Positions 44,442 to 56,632 of a stretch of DNA of 64,000 bases are shown here, in pieces. Numbering within the stretch: position 1 is the stretch's first letter; each line of letters starts with the position of its first letter. The stretch comes from an uncultured Gammaproteobacteria bacterium (GTDB taxonomy: Bacteria; Pseudomonadota; Gammaproteobacteria; Methylococcales; Methylomonadaceae), in contig CAVZRB010000017.1 in the NCBI GenBank assembly GCA_963777585.1, forward strand, positions 21,227 through 85,226, written 5' to 3'. Under the pieces are notes generated by a model, which worked only from the letters and a program-made list of their open reading frames with translations, had not been told where the DNA came from and ran no database searches. A program made the position numbers and the translations under genes.

Positions 44442-45504
44442 ATGAATCTTATGAATAACAGAACGAAGCTACGCTGGGGTATTTTAGGCGCAGCGCGCGT
44501 AAACGAGCGCTTGCTGCCCGCGATAGTCGAAGCGTCGAATGCGGAACTGGTTGCCATTGCCAGTCGTCGTCCTGGCGCCGCTGCTCAAACGCTGGCGCAG
44601 TATGCGCCGCAGCAGCAGAATGTACGGACTTACGACAATCTCGACGCGTTGCTCGACGATGCTGAAGTTGATGCCGTGTACCTGCCTCTGGCCAATCACG
44701 AACATGCCGAATGGGCGTTGCGTGCCATTGAATGCGGCAAGCATGTGTTGTGCGAAAAACCGATGGCACTGACTGTGGCTGACATCGAAGCCATCGAAAA
44801 CTGCCGCACGCCAGCATAAGGTAACCGTCATGGAAGGCTTTATGTACCGCTTCCATCCGCAACACGCACGCGTGCAGGAATTGATTCGTTCGGGAACGAT
44901 AGGTGAAGTAAGGTCGGTGCGCGCCAGTTATTCCTTTATGATGAGACCCGCCCGAATGTACCGTCTGACTGAAAGCGTCGAAAATGGCGGCGGCGCCATG
45001 TGGGACATCGGTTGTTACGCAATCCATTCAGCGCGGATGTTTTTCGACGAAGCTCCTGTCGCAGTGACGGCTATGTCCAAGTATGTCGAGAGCGGCGCTG
45101 ATATTACCACCAGCGGCATCATTGATTTCGGCGCAGGGAAATTTGCGCATTTCGATTTCAGCTTTGAGCGTGCGAGGCGATGTGAATACGAAATCATCGG
45201 CACCAAGGGCGGCATTAAATGCCACACCGTATGGCAATTGCCCGGCGATGTTCCGGTGATTTCATGGTGGACTGAAGACGGTCGGCAATGTGAAGAGCGG
45301 TTGCCGGCAGACAATCACTTTCGGCTGGAAATCGAGCATTTCAGTGATTGCGTATTAAACGGCAAAGCACCTTTGCTGTCGCTGGACGATGCAAAAGCCA
45401 ACTGCCAAATCATTGTTGCCGCCTTGCAGTCTGCCAGCTCAAGGCCGACTGGTCAAGCTAACTTAAGGTCGTTTTTGATGGGAAATAACAATGTCCGATT
45501 TTAA
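44442..45504 (+). CDS. Gfo/Idh/MocA oxidoreductase (frameshifted)
   Basis: WGILGAA, VYLPLAN..H, GKHVLCEKP, MEGFMYRFHP, GGGAMWDIGCY. Confidence 0.9.
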
Positions 45505-45701
45505 AAAATACCACTGTCTGGAATGCGAGCACATCTATGATGAAGCTAAAGGTGATCCGGACAGCGGTATTGCACCCGGAACCCTTTGGGCAGATATTCC
45601 TGACAGCTGGGATTGTCCTATCTGCGGGGCGCCAAAAAGTTTTTTTAAGTTGATGGAATAGTGATGTTTTTCCAATTCTACCCCGTTGATAGAGAGTTAA
45701 T

Positions 45702-46592
45702 ATGACAGAGAAGCAGGTCTGCATATTCGGTGAAGTACTGTTTGATCAATTTCCTGATGGTCAGAAGGTGTTGGGAGGCGCGCCTTTTAATGTTGCATGG
45801 CATCTTCAGGCTTTTGATCAGAACCCGTGCTTTGTCAGCCGGGTTGGCAGTGATCCGATGGGCGACAGTATCCGGCAATCCATGCTGAATTGGGGGATGA
45901 ATGTTGATAACGTGCAAACGGATCCGGATTATCCTACCGGCGTTGTTAAAGTTAATATTCACAATGGCGAACCGGACTATGAAATTTTAGCAAACCAGGC
46001 CTACGATTTTATAGCTGCGAATCAGCTGAGACTTGCCAATGAAATCAGTGTCATTTATCACGGAACCTTGGCGTTGCGGCATCACGTTTCAAAAAAAGCA
46101 CTTTTTGATTTAAAAGCGCATCATCTGGGCAAGGTTTTTGTTGATGTTAATTTAAGGGATCCCTGGTGGCAAGCCGAGTCGGTTAACCAGTATGTATCCA
46201 AGGCAGATTGGGTCAAACTCAATCATCATGAGTTAATGCGATTAGCGCCGCAGCAGGGTGGTATTATCAAGGACAAAATGCGTTTGTTTCGGGCGCAACA
46301 TAATCTTGAAGTTCTGGTTGTTACGTGCGGGAGTCAGGGAGCCATGGCAGTGAACAATGCCGGGCAATTTGCCAAAGTTGAACCTGTCAGGAATTTATCA
46401 ATAGTCGATACGGTGGGAGCAGGGGATGCTTTTGCAGCGGTTCTTTTGCTTGGTTTACAACATGACTGGTCATTGCAATTGACCATGGACAGAGCGCAGT
46501 CATTTGCATCTGCCCTGGTAACACGGCAAGGGGCAACTGTTCAGGATTTAGGCTTTTATCAGGCATTCAAGAATGCGTGGAACCTCGATTAA
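45702..46592 (+). CDS. PfkB-family carbohydrate kinase (fructokinase-like)
   Basis: GEVLFD, GGAPFNVA, DVNLR, VKLN..E, DTVGAGDAF. Confidence 0.9.
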   Translation: MTEKQVCIFGEVLFDQFPDGQKVLGGAPFNVAWHLQAFDQNPCFVSRVGSDPMGDSIRQSMLNWGMNVDNVQTDPDYPTGVVKVNIHNGEPDYEILANQAYDFIAANQLRLANEISVIYHGTLALRHHVSKKALFDLKAHHLGKVFVDVNLRDPWWQAESVNQYVSKADWVKLNHHELMRLAPQQGGIIKDKMRLFRAQHNLEVLVVTCGSQGAMAVNNAGQFAKVEPVRNLSIVDTVGAGDAFAAVLLLGLQHDWSLQLTMDRAQSFASALVTRQGATVQDLGFYQAFKNAWNLD

Positions 46593-46639
46593 CTGTCGTA
46601 TCATGGTAGATTGTTAATATCGGAAAAGGTTGGATAAAA

Positions 46640-46900
46640 ATGACAAAGTTAAAAAATGAAGTTCAGCTGTTAAAAAAAGCCATAGAGGTTGCTGAAAATT
46701 ACGCAAAAAATCGTGGGTACGCGGAATTTGCAGCGACGGATTCGGCAAAGGATAAAGTTGAATGCATTTATCGTTTGTTGGTAAAGGATAAACTTATTCA
46801 ACCGTTAGCAAGTGATCAGGAAAACGGGGTGAATATGAAACATAAATTGGCGTTATGGATATCGCGGCAATTACCGAAAGATCATATTCTGTTGAAGTAA
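46640..46900 (+). CDS. DUF5062 family protein
   Basis: KLKNE..LLKKA..V...YA..RGY..F..TDS...KVE.IYRLLV.DKLIQPL. Confidence 0.75.
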   Translation: MTKLKNEVQLLKKAIEVAENYAKNRGYAEFAATDSAKDKVECIYRLLVKDKLIQPLASDQENGVNMKHKLALWISRQLPKDHILLK

Positions 46901-47135
46901 TATGGCTGGGTATTCTATGGGTGATAAGCGCCGGTTATTTTTCCATTGCCCAATTAGATTTAACGGCGGTTTACACGGATTTTTTTACAGTCTCACAATC
47001 CACCATTAGGCCTTCATTAGTTTGACGAAAAACAAGCTTTTGATGGATTGTTATCGATCTATAGAAACTGATTGTAGCGGTGCCATTCCGGTAACGGCGC
47101 TGATTTGCGCGCATTACCGGAACAGTCACTCAGTA

Positions 47136-48032
47136 TCAGTGATCCCGCTGAATGATATAAAGCGACAAGTCACGCAACAAGTCGGCTTCGCTGCCGAAAA
47201 TGCTCAGGCTGTCCAGCGCTTGCTCGTGCAGTTCCTGCGCCTTTTGTTTGGCTCCGGCCAGACCTAAAAGAGCAGGGTAGGTGGGTTTGTCGTTATCCTT
47301 GTCTTTGCCCTGAGTTTTGCCCAGCGTTGCGGTATCGCTTTCTTCGTCGAGAATGTCATCTTTAACCTGAAACGATAAGCCGATGCACTTGGCGTAGTGG
47401 TCCAGTTTTTTGGCGACATTCGGGTCTATATCCGCTTTCGCCAGAGTAGCCATATTGACGCTGGCACGAATCAACGCGCCGGTCTTATGGATGTGCATGT
47501 TTTCCAGTTCAGGCAGGGTCAATCTTGTTCCTACCGATTCCAGGTCGATGGCCTGACCGCCTACCATGCCCTGAGAGCCACTGGCTTTGGTTAACGCGGT
47601 GATCATTTTCAGGCGGCCTTCAGCGGTTGCCGTAATGCTGGGATCATTGGCCAGTATTTCAAAAGCCAAAGCCTGCAGGGCATCGCCGGTTAAAATGGCG
47701 GTTGCTTCATCAAAAGCCACATGGCAGGTGGCTTTGCCGCGTCTGAGATCATCATCATCCATCGCTGGAAGATCATCATGTATCAAAGAATAAACGTGTA
47801 TGAATTCGACAGCGCAAGCCGGGCCATCCAGTGCTTCCGGTGCAATGCCCAGTGTTTTTCCAGTGCAATAGGTGAGCATCGGGCGCATACGTTTGCCGCC
47901 ATCCAGTACGCTGTAACGCATTGCCCGGTGCAGTTTTTGCGGCAGTATGTTTTCACCGGGCAGACGAGCCTCCAAAGCTCTTTCCACACGGTTTTGACAA
48001 AAATCAATATATTCTTTTAACGCATTACTCAT
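47136..48032 (-). CDS. ispA: Farnesyl diphosphate synthase
   Basis: [40 protein letters not shown]; start MSNAL overlaps the xseB stop. Confidence 0.93.
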   Translation of the reverse strand: MSNALKEYIDFCQNRVERALEARLPGENILPQKLHRAMRYSVLDGGKRMRPMLTYCTGKTLGIAPEALDGPACAVEFIHVYSLIHDDLPAMDDDDLRRGKATCHVAFDEATAILTGDALQALAFEILANDPSITATAEGRLKMITALTKASGSQGMVGGQAIDLESVGTRLTLPELENMHIHKTGALIRASVNMATLAKADIDPNVAKKLDHYAKCIGLSFQVKDDILDEESDTATLGKTQGKDKDNDKPTYPALLGLAGAKQKAQELHEQALDSLSIFGSEADLLRDLSLYIIQRDH

Positions 48033-48258
48033 CAGTAAATGGCTCCAGGGTTTGAGTGCCGTTTTTTTCAATTAGAATTTGAACTTTCTGCTCTGCTTCC
48101 TGCAAGGCTTTTTGACAGGTTCGGGTAAGATTAACCCCGCGTTCAAACGACTTTAATGATTCTTCAAGTGAAATGTCACCCTGTTCAAGTTGGCTAACCA
48201 ATTGCTCAAGTTCGGCGAGTGAATCTTCGAATAAAGTCGTGGTTTTCTTTTTCGGCAT
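48025..48258 (-). CDS. xseB: Exodeoxyribonuclease VII small subunit
   Basis: [26 protein letters not shown]; canonical xseB-ispA pair. Confidence 0.93.
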   Translation of the reverse strand: MPKKKTTTLFEDSLAELEQLVSQLEQGDISLEESLKSFERGVNLTRTCQKALQEAEQKVQILIEKNGTQTLEPFTDE

Positions 48259-48341
48259 GAGATAAAAATATTTTTAGTGATACGATGTATAGATAAACCG
48301 GAACATTATATATGAAATTGGATAGTGAGTGATTAGGAAGT

Positions 48342-50234
48342 ATGAGTAACGAATATAACGCGTCGGCAATTGAGGTTTTAAGCGGACTTGAGCCGGTAAG
48401 AAAGCGTCCCGGCATGTACACGGACACCACCCGACCCAACCATCTGGTGCAGGAAGTCGTTGATAACAGTGTTGATGAGGCGATGGCAGGCCACGCCACG
48501 GCAATTGATGTGGTTTTGTATAAGGATGGCTCGGTGCTGGTCAGCGATAATGGCCGCGGCATGCCGGTCGATATTCATCCCGAGCAAGGCATTCCCGGCG
48601 TCGAGGTGATTCTGACGCAGCTGCATGCGGGCGGAAAGTTTTCCAATAAAAACTACCAGTTTTCCGGCGGTCTGCATGGTGTGGGGGTCTCTGTCGTTAA
48701 CGCATTGTCGGCAAAGCTGGAGATAGAGGTTAAGAGGAACGGCAAGGTTTATTACATGGAGTATGCCGATGGCGAAAAGCAGACTGAACTGGCTGAGACC
48801 GGAACGGTCGGCAAGAATAATACCGGAACGGCTATCCGGTTCTGGCCGAATGAAAAATATTTTGATTCCAATAAGGTATCGGTTTTAAAGCTGAAACACG
48901 TCTTGCGCGCCAAGGCGGTTTTATGCCCCGGCTTGAAAATTTCGCTGAAAATCGATCAAACCGACGAAGAATATTTCTGGTGTTATCAGAATGGCCTCAA
49001 GGAATATTTGCTCGACCGCATCGGCGATATTGACTATTGTCCGGAACAGCCTTTTATGGGCAACATGGCTGCCAACCATGAAGCCGTTGAATGGGGCATC
49101 GTCTGGGCTATTGAAAATCCCGCGGAAGTGCTGACTGAAAGCTACGTTAACCTGGTGCCGACTGCGCAAGGCGGAACCCACGTCAACGGCTTGCGTGCAG
49201 GTCTGACCGAAGCGATGCGCGAGTTTTGCGATATCAGGAATATTCTGCCGCGCGGCGTTAAGGTCGCACCGGAAGATGTCTGGGAAAATTGCCATTTTGT
49301 GCTGTCGGTCAAGTTGGAAGATCCGCAGTTTTCAGGGCAAACCAAGGAACGACTCAGTTCCCGCGAATGCGTGGCCTTTGTGTCCGGTGTGGCGAAAGAC
49401 AGCTTCAGTCTGTGGTTAAACCAGAATCCCGCGGAAGGCGAGAAAATCGCTGAAATCATCATTTCCAGCGCGCAAAAGCGGTTGCGTTCCAATAAAAAAA
49501 TAATTCGCAAGAAAATCACCTCAGGCCCCGCATTGCCGGGCAAACTGGCCGATTGTTCGGCGCAGGATATCGCCCGTACCGAATTATTTCTGGTGGAAGG
49601 GGATTCGGCGGGTGGTTCGGCCAAACAAGCCAGGGAGCGGGATTTCCAGGCCATTATGCCGTTGCGCGGCAAGATTCTTAATACCTGGGAAGTCGAGTCC
49701 AATCAGGTGATGGCGTCGCAGGAAGTCCATGATATTGCTGTCGCCCTGGGCATAGAGCCGGGTTCCAGCGATTTGCAGAACCTGCGTTACGGCAAGGTGT
49801 GCATTTTGGCGGATGCCGACTCGGACGGCAATCACATCGCCACCCTGATCTGTGCCTTGTTTTACCAGCATTTCAATGCGCTGGTTGTAGCAGGTCACGT
49901 CTTTGTCGCCATGCCGCCCTTGTATCGGATTGATGTCGGCAAACGGGTGTTTTATGCCTTGGATGAATCCGAGCGCCAAGGTGTTCTGGATCGAATTAAA
50001 GCCGAGAACCTCAAAGGACAGATTAATGTGCAGCGCTTTAAAGGTCTGGGTGAAATGAATCCGAGTCAGCTTCGGGAAACCACCATGAACCCGGATACCC
50101 GCAGACTGGTTCAGTTAACGGTTGAGGAGAATGACGATACCACCGGGCAACTTGATCTGCTGCTGGCCAAGAAACGTTCGCAGGACCGGAAAATCTGGCT
50201 GGAAACCAAAGGGAATCTGGCGGATATAGCCTGA
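48342..50234 (+). CDS. parE: DNA topoisomerase IV subunit B
   Basis: GLEPVRKRPGMYTD, EVVDNSVDE, SGGLHGVG, EGDSAGG, PLRGKILN, ADADSDG. Confidence 0.95.
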   Translation: MSNEYNASAIEVLSGLEPVRKRPGMYTDTTRPNHLVQEVVDNSVDEAMAGHATAIDVVLYKDGSVLVSDNGRGMPVDIHPEQGIPGVEVILTQLHAGGKFSNKNYQFSGGLHGVGVSVVNALSAKLEIEVKRNGKVYYMEYADGEKQTELAETGTVGKNNTGTAIRFWPNEKYFDSNKVSVLKLKHVLRAKAVLCPGLKISLKIDQTDEEYFWCYQNGLKEYLLDRIGDIDYCPEQPFMGNMAANHEAVEWGIVWAIENPAEVLTESYVNLVPTAQGGTHVNGLRAGLTEAMREFCDIRNILPRGVKVAPEDVWENCHFVLSVKLEDPQFSGQTKERLSSRECVAFVSGVAKDSFSLWLNQNPAEGEKIAEIIISSAQKRLRSNKKIIRKKITSGPALPGKLADCSAQDIARTELFLVEGDSAGGSAKQARERDFQAIMPLRGKILNTWEVESNQVMASQEVHDIAVALGIEPGSSDLQNLRYGKVCILADADSDGNHIATLICALFYQHFNALVVAGHVFVAMPPLYRIDVGKRVFYALDESERQGVLDRIKAENLKGQINVQRFKGLGEMNPSQLRETTMNPDTRRLVQLTVEENDDTTGQLDLLLAKKRSQDRKIWLETKGNLADIA

Positions 50235-50731
50235 TGAGTAAACAGGAAAAATCATTAACCATGACGGTGCTGATGACGCCGGACATGGCGAATTTTACCG
50301 GCCATGTGCATGGCGGTTCCTTGTTGAAATTGCTTGATCAGGTGGCTTATGCCTGTGCGGCAAAATATTCCAAAAGTTATGTGGTAACAGCATCGCTGGA
50401 TCAGGTTTTCTTTAAAAAGCATGTGAATGTTGGCGAGCTGGTTACTTTTTATGCCAACGTCAATTATGTCGGCCGCACATCAATGGAAATTGGCGTGAAA
50501 GTGGTCGCCGAGAATCTAAGAACGGATGAAAAAAGGCATACTAATTCCTGTTACTTTACGATGGTCGCTGTTGATGAACAGGGGCAGCCTGTTGAAGTCC
50601 CAAGATTGGAGCTAAATACCGAAGTGGAAAAAAAATTATTTGAAGCGGCAGAAATGCGCAAAAAAATGCGCCAGGAAATCCTGGAAAAGAATCGCGCATT
50701 GCACGTTGATATACCAAAGGATGAGTTGTAA
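50234..50731 (+). CDS. Hotdog-fold acyl-CoA thioesterase
   Basis: [32 protein letters not shown]. Confidence 0.88.
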   Translation: MSKQEKSLTMTVLMTPDMANFTGHVHGGSLLKLLDQVAYACAAKYSKSYVVTASLDQVFFKKHVNVGELVTFYANVNYVGRTSMEIGVKVVAENLRTDEKRHTNSCYFTMVAVDEQGQPVEVPRLELNTEVEKKLFEAAEMRKKMRQEILEKNRALHVDIPKDEL

Positions 50732-50733
50732 TT

Positions 50734-52971
50734 GTGAAAGTGAAAGTACAAGAAAATTTTGAACAACTGCCATTAAAGGATTTTGCTGAAAAAGCCTACC
50801 TGGATTATTCCATGTATGTGATTTTGGACAGAGCCTTGCCGCATATCGCGGATGGCTTAAAACCGGTGCAGCGGCGTATTGTTTATGCGATGTCAGAGCT
50901 GGGCTTGACTTCGGTTGCCAAGTTTAAAAAATCGGCCAGAACCGTCGGTGACGTGCTGGGTAAATATCATCCGCACGGTGACTCTGCCTGCTATGAAGCC
51001 ATGGTGCTGATGGCGCAGGATTTTTCTTACCGTTATCCATTGGTTGACGGGCAGGGCAACTGGGGTTCTCCGGACGACCCTAAATCCTTTGCCGCCATGC
51101 GTTATACCGAATCGCGTTTGACCGGTTATGCTCAAACCTTGTTAAGTGAATTGGGACAGGGCACGGTTGAGTGGTCGGATAATTTTGACGGCACCTTAAA
51201 AGAGCCGGAACTATTGCCGGCAAGACTGCCGAATATACTGCTGAACGGCACCATGGGTATCGCTGTCGGCATGGCAACCGATATACCGCCGCACAATTTG
51301 CGGGAAGTCGCTCATGCCTGCATACAGCTATTGGATGAACCAAACAGTACGCTGGAAACCCTTTTCACCCATATCAAAGGCCCCGATTACCCGACTGATG
51401 CCGAAATCATCACCTCGGCTGATGAAATCCAGAAAATGTATATCAGCGGCGGCGGCTCGATAAAAATGCGTGCCAAATATGAGCAGGAAGACGGCAATAT
51501 CGTCATCACTGCGCTGCCGCATCAGGTTTCCGGCGCTAAGTTGATGGAGCAGATCGCTGCGCAAATGCTGGCGAAGAAACTGCCGATGATTGAAGATTTA
51601 CGGGATGAATCGGATCATGAAAATCCAACCCGCTTGTTGGTAATTCCAAGGTCAAAACGGATTGATGTGGATGAGGTGATGTCGCATCTGTTTGCCACCA
51701 CCGATCTTGAGAAAAGCTATCGCGTCAACATGAACATGATAGGTATGGATGGCAGGCCCAAGGTTAAAGGCCTCAGAGACATACTGGTTGAATGGTTGTC
51801 GTTCCGTACCGAGACTGTGCGACGGCGCTTGCAATATCGTCTGGACAAGGTGCTGGCAAGGCTGCATATTCTGGATGGCTTGCTGATTGCCTATCTGAAT
51901 ATCGATGAAGTCATCGCCATTATTCGCAGTGAGGATCGCCCTAAACCGGTGCTGATGGAGCGCTTCGGTATCACCGACATTCAGGCTGAAGCGATACTGG
52001 AGTTAAAGTTAAGAAATCTGGCCAAGCTTGAAGAAATGAAAATTCGCGGCGAGCAGGATGAACTGGAACTGGAGCGTGCCGCGCTGGAAAAAACCCTGGG
52101 TTCCAAAGCCCTGTTAAATCGGCTGATCAGAAAAGAAATCGAGCGCGATGCAGAGAAATACGGCGATGATCGCCGCTCGCCGATTATTGCGAGAGAGGCA
52201 GCACAGGCATTGGATACAACCGCGTTAATAAGCAACGAGCCATTAACTGTTATCCTGTCGGATAAAGGCTGGATAAGGGCGGCGAAAGGTCATGATATTG
52301 ATGTCGCAAGTCTAAGCTACCGCTCCGGCGACAGCTTTCTGGACGCGGTTAAATGTAGGACGACCCAGCCGGTTTACATACTCGACTCCACCGGACGGGC
52401 TTACAGTACCTCTGCTCACGACCTGCCGTCGGCCAGAAGTCAGGGCGAACCGTTAACCGGGCGTCTCAATCCACCGGCAGGGTCATTATTCCTCCATCTT
52501 TTGGCAGGCCAGCCGGATGACTGGTATTTGCTGGCCAGCAATGCGGGCTATGGTTTCAGGGTTCAGCTTAAGGAATTATTGAGCAAAAACAAGGCCGGTA
52601 AACAGCTTATCTCGCTGCCGGATGGCGCAAAAGTCTTAAAGCCTACTCCTATCCACAGCGAATCAGATTTGCTCGCGGTTGCTACCTTGCAAGGTCGCCT
52701 GCTGATTTTCCCCGTGGCTGATTTACCCGCCTTGTTGAAAGGCAAAGGTAACAAGCTGATACAGATCCCGTCAGCTGATCTGGTCGCAGGGAAAGATTGC
52801 GTTGTCGCGATGGTGTCGATGCCGGAAAACAGCCAGTTAAAAGTCATATCCGGCAAACGCCATATACGCCTGGCTGGATCAGATATAGAGCATTATTCCG
52901 GCAGTCGCGCAAAAAGAGGTTCTGCCTTACCCAGAGGCTTTCAGCGGGTTGATGAGTTGGAGTATGAGTAG
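50734..52971 (+). CDS. parC: DNA topoisomerase IV subunit A
   Basis: [38 protein letters not shown]. Confidence 0.95.
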   Translation: MKVKVQENFEQLPLKDFAEKAYLDYSMYVILDRALPHIADGLKPVQRRIVYAMSELGLTSVAKFKKSARTVGDVLGKYHPHGDSACYEAMVLMAQDFSYRYPLVDGQGNWGSPDDPKSFAAMRYTESRLTGYAQTLLSELGQGTVEWSDNFDGTLKEPELLPARLPNILLNGTMGIAVGMATDIPPHNLREVAHACIQLLDEPNSTLETLFTHIKGPDYPTDAEIITSADEIQKMYISGGGSIKMRAKYEQEDGNIVITALPHQVSGAKLMEQIAAQMLAKKLPMIEDLRDESDHENPTRLLVIPRSKRIDVDEVMSHLFATTDLEKSYRVNMNMIGMDGRPKVKGLRDILVEWLSFRTETVRRRLQYRLDKVLARLHILDGLLIAYLNIDEVIAIIRSEDRPKPVLMERFGITDIQAEAILELKLRNLAKLEEMKIRGEQDELELERAALEKTLGSKALLNRLIRKEIERDAEKYGDDRRSPIIAREAAQALDTTALISNEPLTVILSDKGWIRAAKGHDIDVASLSYRSGDSFLDAVKCRTTQPVYILDSTGRAYSTSAHDLPSARSQGEPLTGRLNPPAGSLFLHLLAGQPDDWYLLASNAGYGFRVQLKELLSKNKAGKQLISLPDGAKVLKPTPIHSESDLLAVATLQGRLLIFPVADLPALLKGKGNKLIQIPSADLVAGKDCVVAMVSMPENSQLKVISGKRHIRLAGSDIEHYSGSRAKRGSALPRGFQRVDELEYE

Positions 52972-53311
52972 TATTTGAAGATGAGTTCGTGAAACGCAAT
53001 GCGACTGCCGAGCGTGAGTTGTATTGTGTCAATTTTATTAGTTGTTTAAAAAAGACCCGGCGAATTACGCGTACACCATTGGAGATAAGATCAGCGAAAA
53101 TACTTGGGCATGAAGCAAAGCGCCAATAATTCTACTGAGTTGGCAATGCCGGGCGGTTTTACCAAAGCCGCCGGTTTTGCTAAAGTAGCGATTGATTTAT
53201 TGAAGTTGGCAGGATGTAGTCGGATTTTAGCGTTGAAATCATAACGTAGAATTACCTCATTTAATTTATACTCGGCTAGATTAAGTATCCGAATCAAATA
53301 GCTCAATCGAC

Positions 53312-55518
53312 ATGGTCAACCTCACATCCAGAACTAACGACGAACCTTCAGAGCATATCGAGAAACTTCTGGAAGCAGCCAACTCTGCATCTCAGACGGT
53401 GGCGGCGCTACATGTCGCATTTGTGGCGTTCGTTGCGTATCTCGGCGTCATCGTCTGGGGCACAACGCACGATGACCTGCTGCGCATCAGCCCGGTCAAA
53501 CTGCCGATTCTGGATGTGGAACTGCCGCTTACCACTTTTTACTCCTTCGTGCCGTGGATGGTAGTCCTGCTGCATTTCAATCTGCTCATGCAATTGGAGT
53601 TGCTCTCTTGCAAACTTTGGAATCTGGACCGCGACCTTCCTGATACGCCAGCCGGGCAACAAGTACGCGACCGCTTGTTTATCTTTCCCTTCACTCACCT
53701 CATCGTAGGGCGTTCCGAAGTCTGGCTGATCCGCTGGCTGCTATCCTTGGTAGTTGGTATTACTGTCATCGCTTTACCCTTATTAATGTTGCTGGCAGCA
53801 CAAATCCGCTTTCTACCGTTTCACGACGAAGCCATCACCTGGTCGCAGCGCCTCGCGGTTTGGTTCGATGCAGCCATGCTGATTACCTTGTGGCCGTTGA
53901 TCGCCTCGCCCCAAGACCGGGCACGGGAATGGTGGCGGAACTTTAGCTTTCAGTTGCTTGGTTATTGGCCTGCTTGGCTCCGGTATTTGAGTACACTCGG
54001 ATGGAACCGGCTAACGCGATCGATTCAGCGTCGCTGGCCGAACCTGCCCGAGCGTGAAATCACCCCCAGGCCTATGTTGCAACCCGGAACTGAACCCAAG
54101 GGTATGATTTTCTTGCTGGTCTCTGTGCCGGTGATTGTTCTGATCAGTATCATCGCAGTCATACCTGGCAGTATTACCGTACAAACTTATTACGCCCCGG
54201 AAGACCTATGACATGCCTGAGGATACTCCCAACTACTTCGAGGATTGGTTGATCCGCAGAGTGCCTGAGGCATGGCTGAGTGTTGCCGCCCATAAATATG
54301 ATATGGTTTCTTGTACCTCGCTAGCAGATGGCTGAAAAGTCGGAAGCATCTATTCTTCAGGTTATGCTCGGTCCCTGCTCATGGTTCAATTTGGGCTTTT
54401 TTCCACGCAACCTAAACCTCAGAGAAGCCAGGCTGGTACCCAAAGAGGTGTCATTGTCGCTATTGACCCGGGCAATAGACCCTGATAAACAGGTACGTGA
54501 CGCTGCTTTCAAGGAATTCGACGGACTCAATTTACAAAACCGCGATCTGCGCTTTGCCAATTTGTTCGGGGCCGTGTTACCCAAAGCCGATCTTCGCCAT
54601 GTCCAGTTGCAGGGCGCGGTCCTGTTAAAAGCGAAGCTGCAGGGCGTGGTCGGTTGGGACAAAACACAATTGCAGGGCGCGATTTTGGGTGGGACTCAGC
54701 TACAGAGTGCGGGTCTGATCGAGGCGGATCTGCAGGGCGCGGATTTGCGCGGCGCGAATCTGCAGGGCGCTGCCCTGGGCTGGGCAAAACTGCAGAGCGC
54801 GGATCTACGCGGAGCGGATTTGCAGGGTGCAGACCTGAACGGGGCGAAACTTCAGGGCGCGGACCTACGCGGGGCGAAATTGCAGGGTGCGAACTTGCGC
54901 GAGACGAATTTTCAAGGTGCGAATTTGGTCTATGCGAAACTGCAGGGCTCGGACTTGGACCTTGGCGAATTACAGGGTGCAGAACTACGTGAAGCGGAAC
55001 TGCTGGGGGTTGACTGGTCACAAGCCAATCTCGATGGCATATTTATTACCGAAAGCTTGATGTCGGATTGGAACGAGCACCAACAGCGCAAGCTGGAATC
55101 AACACTCAAGCCGATACTGGATAGTGAAAAATTCAGCGCATTTCAGACACGTATGAGTTCTGCCAGTACGGGATTACCGTCGGGAAAACCGATCAGTCGA
55201 ACAGGCTGCTACAGCGATAATCCAGCCTTACTGGAATGCGAATACCGTGATCCGTTGCAACTGGATGTTTACCGTACTGACGTGCTACACCCGAAACTGA
55301 TCGAACTGGCTTGTTCGGATGCGGCAATTGCTGCCGGCATTGCAAGACGTGGTTTAAATAAGTCCACAAACAATGACCCCGATTTTGGCCTGGCAGCGGC
55401 CTTACTTAAAGCACTAGACACCCAAAATCCCTGCTCTGGCTTGACCGCACTGTCGGAACAAACTCGACAAAAATTACGGAAAACAGCAGAACAACAGGAA
55501 AGAGCCAAGCCGAAATGA
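53312..55518 (+). CDS. Membrane-anchored pentapeptide-repeat protein (frameshifts near 54205 and 54325)
   Basis: About five N-terminal hydrophobic segments, then a long run of A(D/N/K)L(R/Q)G pentapeptide repeats (about 54530-55035) and a Cys-containing C-terminal domain. Confidence 0.8.
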
Positions 55519-55663
55519 CGCAGTCTGCCGGTCATCTCGTATGGGGCGCAACTGTCCTTTGAGTTTCAAGAAAAAGATTGTCTGAGCCGAAGGCCGATTT
55601 CCGGCCAAGTGCGGAAATTCGGTATACATTTGATCAGCAACAGCGACCGGTGTGAGTCAATGA

Positions 55664-56632
55664 TTATTGGGGCTGTGCATTCAGAATCTGTATTAACTCA
55701 GCGGCGATACTGACGGCAATTTCAGCCGGTGTATGACTTTTTATCGGTAGCCCCATCGGGCCATGTATGCGCCGCAGAGATTCAACCGGGAGTCGATGCG
55801 CAAGATTGGCTTTAAGTTGTTCGATTTTCTTCAGGCTGCCTAGTACACCTAAATAACGTACACGTTTATCGGCCAGTTGTTCGGCTACTTTTTCATCGGC
55901 TTTATGACTGTGAGTCATGATAAATACAAAAACCTGATTGCCTTCAGGAATGGTGTTACCGATTTCCTGGTAGGGAATCCTCAGCTTTCTGTGCGCATAG
56001 TGGTTGTGCGCTAAGGTGTCGGGGTTATCTCGTTCATCTATGACGGTAATGTCGAAATCAAGGGTTGCGAGAATTTTTGACAAGGCCAGGCTGACATGGC
56101 CGCCGCCGATCAGATAAGCCTGCTTATAAAAGCCCACCGATTCTTGGTAAAGCCAATCATTTTCGGACTGCAGGTGGAATTGCGTTTGCTGAGGTAATGT
56201 CTGCTGCAGTTGGAGTTGAAAGCCATTTGGCGTCACGCTGATGACCCCCGGTGTTTTGTTTAGATAGATTTCAGCAAATTGCCGGTATAGCTTAATATCG
56301 GTTTTATGGCTTCGGTAAAGTAAAACGGTTTGTTTTCCGCCACAGGTCATACCGGAATCATCATTGGCTATAGATAAATTGTGTTGAAACCGACATAAAA
56401 TAGGCATAACCGATTCTGTCGCCATTAAGGAATGAGCTTTTTTGATCAAGCTGCATTCAAGAGCACCACCACCGATAGTTCCAAAACTCTCGCCTTGAGA
56501 GGTGACAGCCATTTTGGTTCCGGCTTTGCTGGGTGTGCTGCCTTCGCTGCTAACTACTATCATCAGTATTGCATCATTATTATCTTCCAGGACATCAACC
56601 ATCCATTGCCAAATATTTGCTGGTTCAGACAA
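55664..56632 (-). CDS. xdhC: Xanthine dehydrogenase accessory protein XdhC
   Basis: GSTP, GTIGGG.LE, CGG, GGGHVS, MTHSH, YLGVLGS, PMGL...TPAEIAVSIAAE. Confidence 0.9.
   Translation of the reverse strand: MSEPANIWQWMVDVLEDNNDAILMIVVSSEGSTPSKAGTKMAVTSQGESFGTIGGGALECSLIKKAHSLMATESVMPILCRFQHNLSIANDDSGMTCGGKQTVLLYRSHKTDIKLYRQFAEIYLNKTPGVISVTPNGFQLQLQQTLPQQTQFHLQSENDWLYQESVGFYKQAYLIGGGHVSLALSKILATLDFDITVIDERDNPDTLAHNHYAHRKLRIPYQEIGNTIPEGNQVFVFIMTHSHKADEKVAEQLADKRVRYLGVLGSLKKIEQLKANLAHRLPVESLRRIHGPMGLPIKSHTPAEIAVSIAAELIQILNAQPQ

Noticed and set aside
54530-55035. 15/30-bp periodic DNA repeats (GCGGATCTGCAGGGC-like) as a CRISPR or tandem-repeat locus
   Set aside because: Fully explained by pentapeptide-repeat coding; no unique spacers and no cas genes
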